Source: the human T2T-CHM13v2.0 reference genome, Homo sapiens
DNA length: 64,000 nt
Direction: 5' to 3' (one strand)
Assembly (NCBI RefSeq): GCF_009914755.1
Contig: NC_060929.1
The notes below the pieces were generated by a model. The model was not told the origin of the DNA and ran no database searches. It saw nothing but the letters and a program-made list of their open reading frames with translations. The position numbers were made by a program, and so were the translations under genes. The number at the start of each line of letters is the position of its first letter. The first letter of the stretch is position 1. Shown here in pieces: positions 62,576-64,000 of this stretch.

Positions 62576-63181
62576 CTAATGATATTTCTCAATTCGTTTA
62601 TCTTTTAACAATGATAATATATAATGTCTTGCTATTTAGAAAGATTTTTAAAAGTATTTTACATAAACAAATTTTATTCTTTGCCATTAATACTTGTAGG
62701 TTTGGGATTTTCAGGACCTCCTCAAAGGCCACCTACAGGAAATGCTCTTCAAAGACATTTCACGTTTTCACCACTTGATTATGGAGCAAAGACTAACACT
62801 GGCAATGCTTTGAAGTACTTGAGTCAAATGGGTCTCTCACATGGTCATTACTATACTCACTCTCAGGCTCCAATGCAAGTTGTTTCCTTAGGCCAACTAC
62901 TCTTGCTTTCCTTTAATAGACCTATTCCTCCTGGGCTGTCTGAAACTAACATTTCATTGTAAATAAAGTCCTGCAAATCCTTGGTATCTCAAAGAACCCT
63001 CCTTCCATTTAGTTTTAGGAGAACTCTCTTCCTAAAACTCTATTCTTTTCCCTGGAGTCCAGATCCCCATTCCTTGCAACAAATGAACTCTTGATTTGAG
63101 CACTGAAGGGAGATAATTGGAAGTTTGACTTTGTGTTCTAGGTTTTCCCTGCCAATATATGCAGCATCTTTAAAACTAATC

Positions 63182-63321
63182 AGGCTGAGGCAGGAGAACT
63201 GCTTGAACCCAGGAGGAGGAGGTTGCAGTGAGCCGAAATTGCGCCATTGAACTCCAGCCTGGGTGACAGAGCAAGGCTCCACCTCAAAAAAAAAAAAAAA
63301 AAAAAAAAAAACAGCAAAAAG
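63182..63321 (+). mobile_element. 5'-truncated Alu right monomer
   Basis: AGGCTGAGGCAGGAGAACTGCTTGAACC with poly(A); TSD AAACTAAT(C/T)AGG. Confidence 0.9.
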
Positions 63322-63444
63322 AAACTAATTAGGTTCAAGAAGTTCGAATGAATTCAACTTAGACAAGCTCTTAAGCAGACATGTTGGAAGTTTCAAAAAA
63401 GACAGTTTGGGAAAATATTTTTATTAAAAAAAAAAACAGTCCTG

Positions 63445-63995
63445 CAGTTGGGTGTCAACTCTCATCACTCTACTGAAACTGCTGCAGCCGAGGTTACTAG
63501 TTATTTAATTAACAAAAGCAATAGATTTTGTTTTTTTAAATTGTCATTATACTGTACTATTTTGTGACATTGTTTTATTGATAAGTCTTTCTCGAAAATG
63601 TGTCCTTTTAGTTTTTTTCAAAACATGACTTTCTCCTTGATGTCCTCCTATTTCTCTCATTATTTCACCTTTACATTCTCTGCTAACACCTTTCACCTTA
63701 CCAAACCTTAATTAAATGTGTGTGCGTCCCAGTGTCCCATTCTTGGCTCTCTTCCCTTCCCTCTTACTGATCATTATTGTATTCTGTGATCTCACTAATT
63801 CTCTTGGCTTTAATAATAACCAGATGACTCCAGAAAACTATTCAAAATTCCGGACCTATGGAGACTTTGCACCCAGATACGTACCAACAACTCAACCTCA
63901 GTTATCTCTAATATTATCTCATTAAGTGCTCTCTAACAATAGAATGACTCCTCCTTCTGGGTTTCCTCTGCATGAACGGCACCACCATTCAGTGG
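63445..63995 (+). mobile_element. L2 fragment
   Basis: CTCTACTGAAACTGCT; GTGATCTCACTAATTCTCTTGGCTTTAA...GATGACTCC; GGCACCACCATTC. Confidence 0.5.
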
Positions 63996-64000
63996 CCCAT

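Overview
Repeat-dominated hominoid (ape) genomic DNA with no intact host protein-coding gene that I can support. The main contents are: a frameshifted PPIA (cyclophilin A) retrocopy carrying PPIAL4-type residues (54216-54962), nested in L1MC inside a decayed ERVL provirus; a full-length dead L1PA4-like LINE-1 (17218-23393, minus); a 5'-truncated L1 (35370-37105, minus); a full-length SVA_A-like element (28557-30260); a near full-length Tigger3; an HSMAR2 mariner split by an L1PB; solo LTRs (LTR8, THE1, MLT1, LTR33-like); and about 20 Alu/monomer insertions. The SVA type and the ancestral states in the PPIAL4-like copy suggest a non-human great ape (orangutan is my best guess) and a region related to the chr1 PPIAL4 duplicons; this is inference. 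I found no convincing new biological system. The most notable items are mutational-history signatures: an ancient L1 3' transduction, a hairpin-templated insertion, two neighbouring L1s sharing unusual variants, a 17-nt disabling deletion in the PPIAL4-like copy, and a 430-nt purine tract. Repeat subfamily calls come from my memory of consensus sequences, and boundaries without TSDs are approximate.
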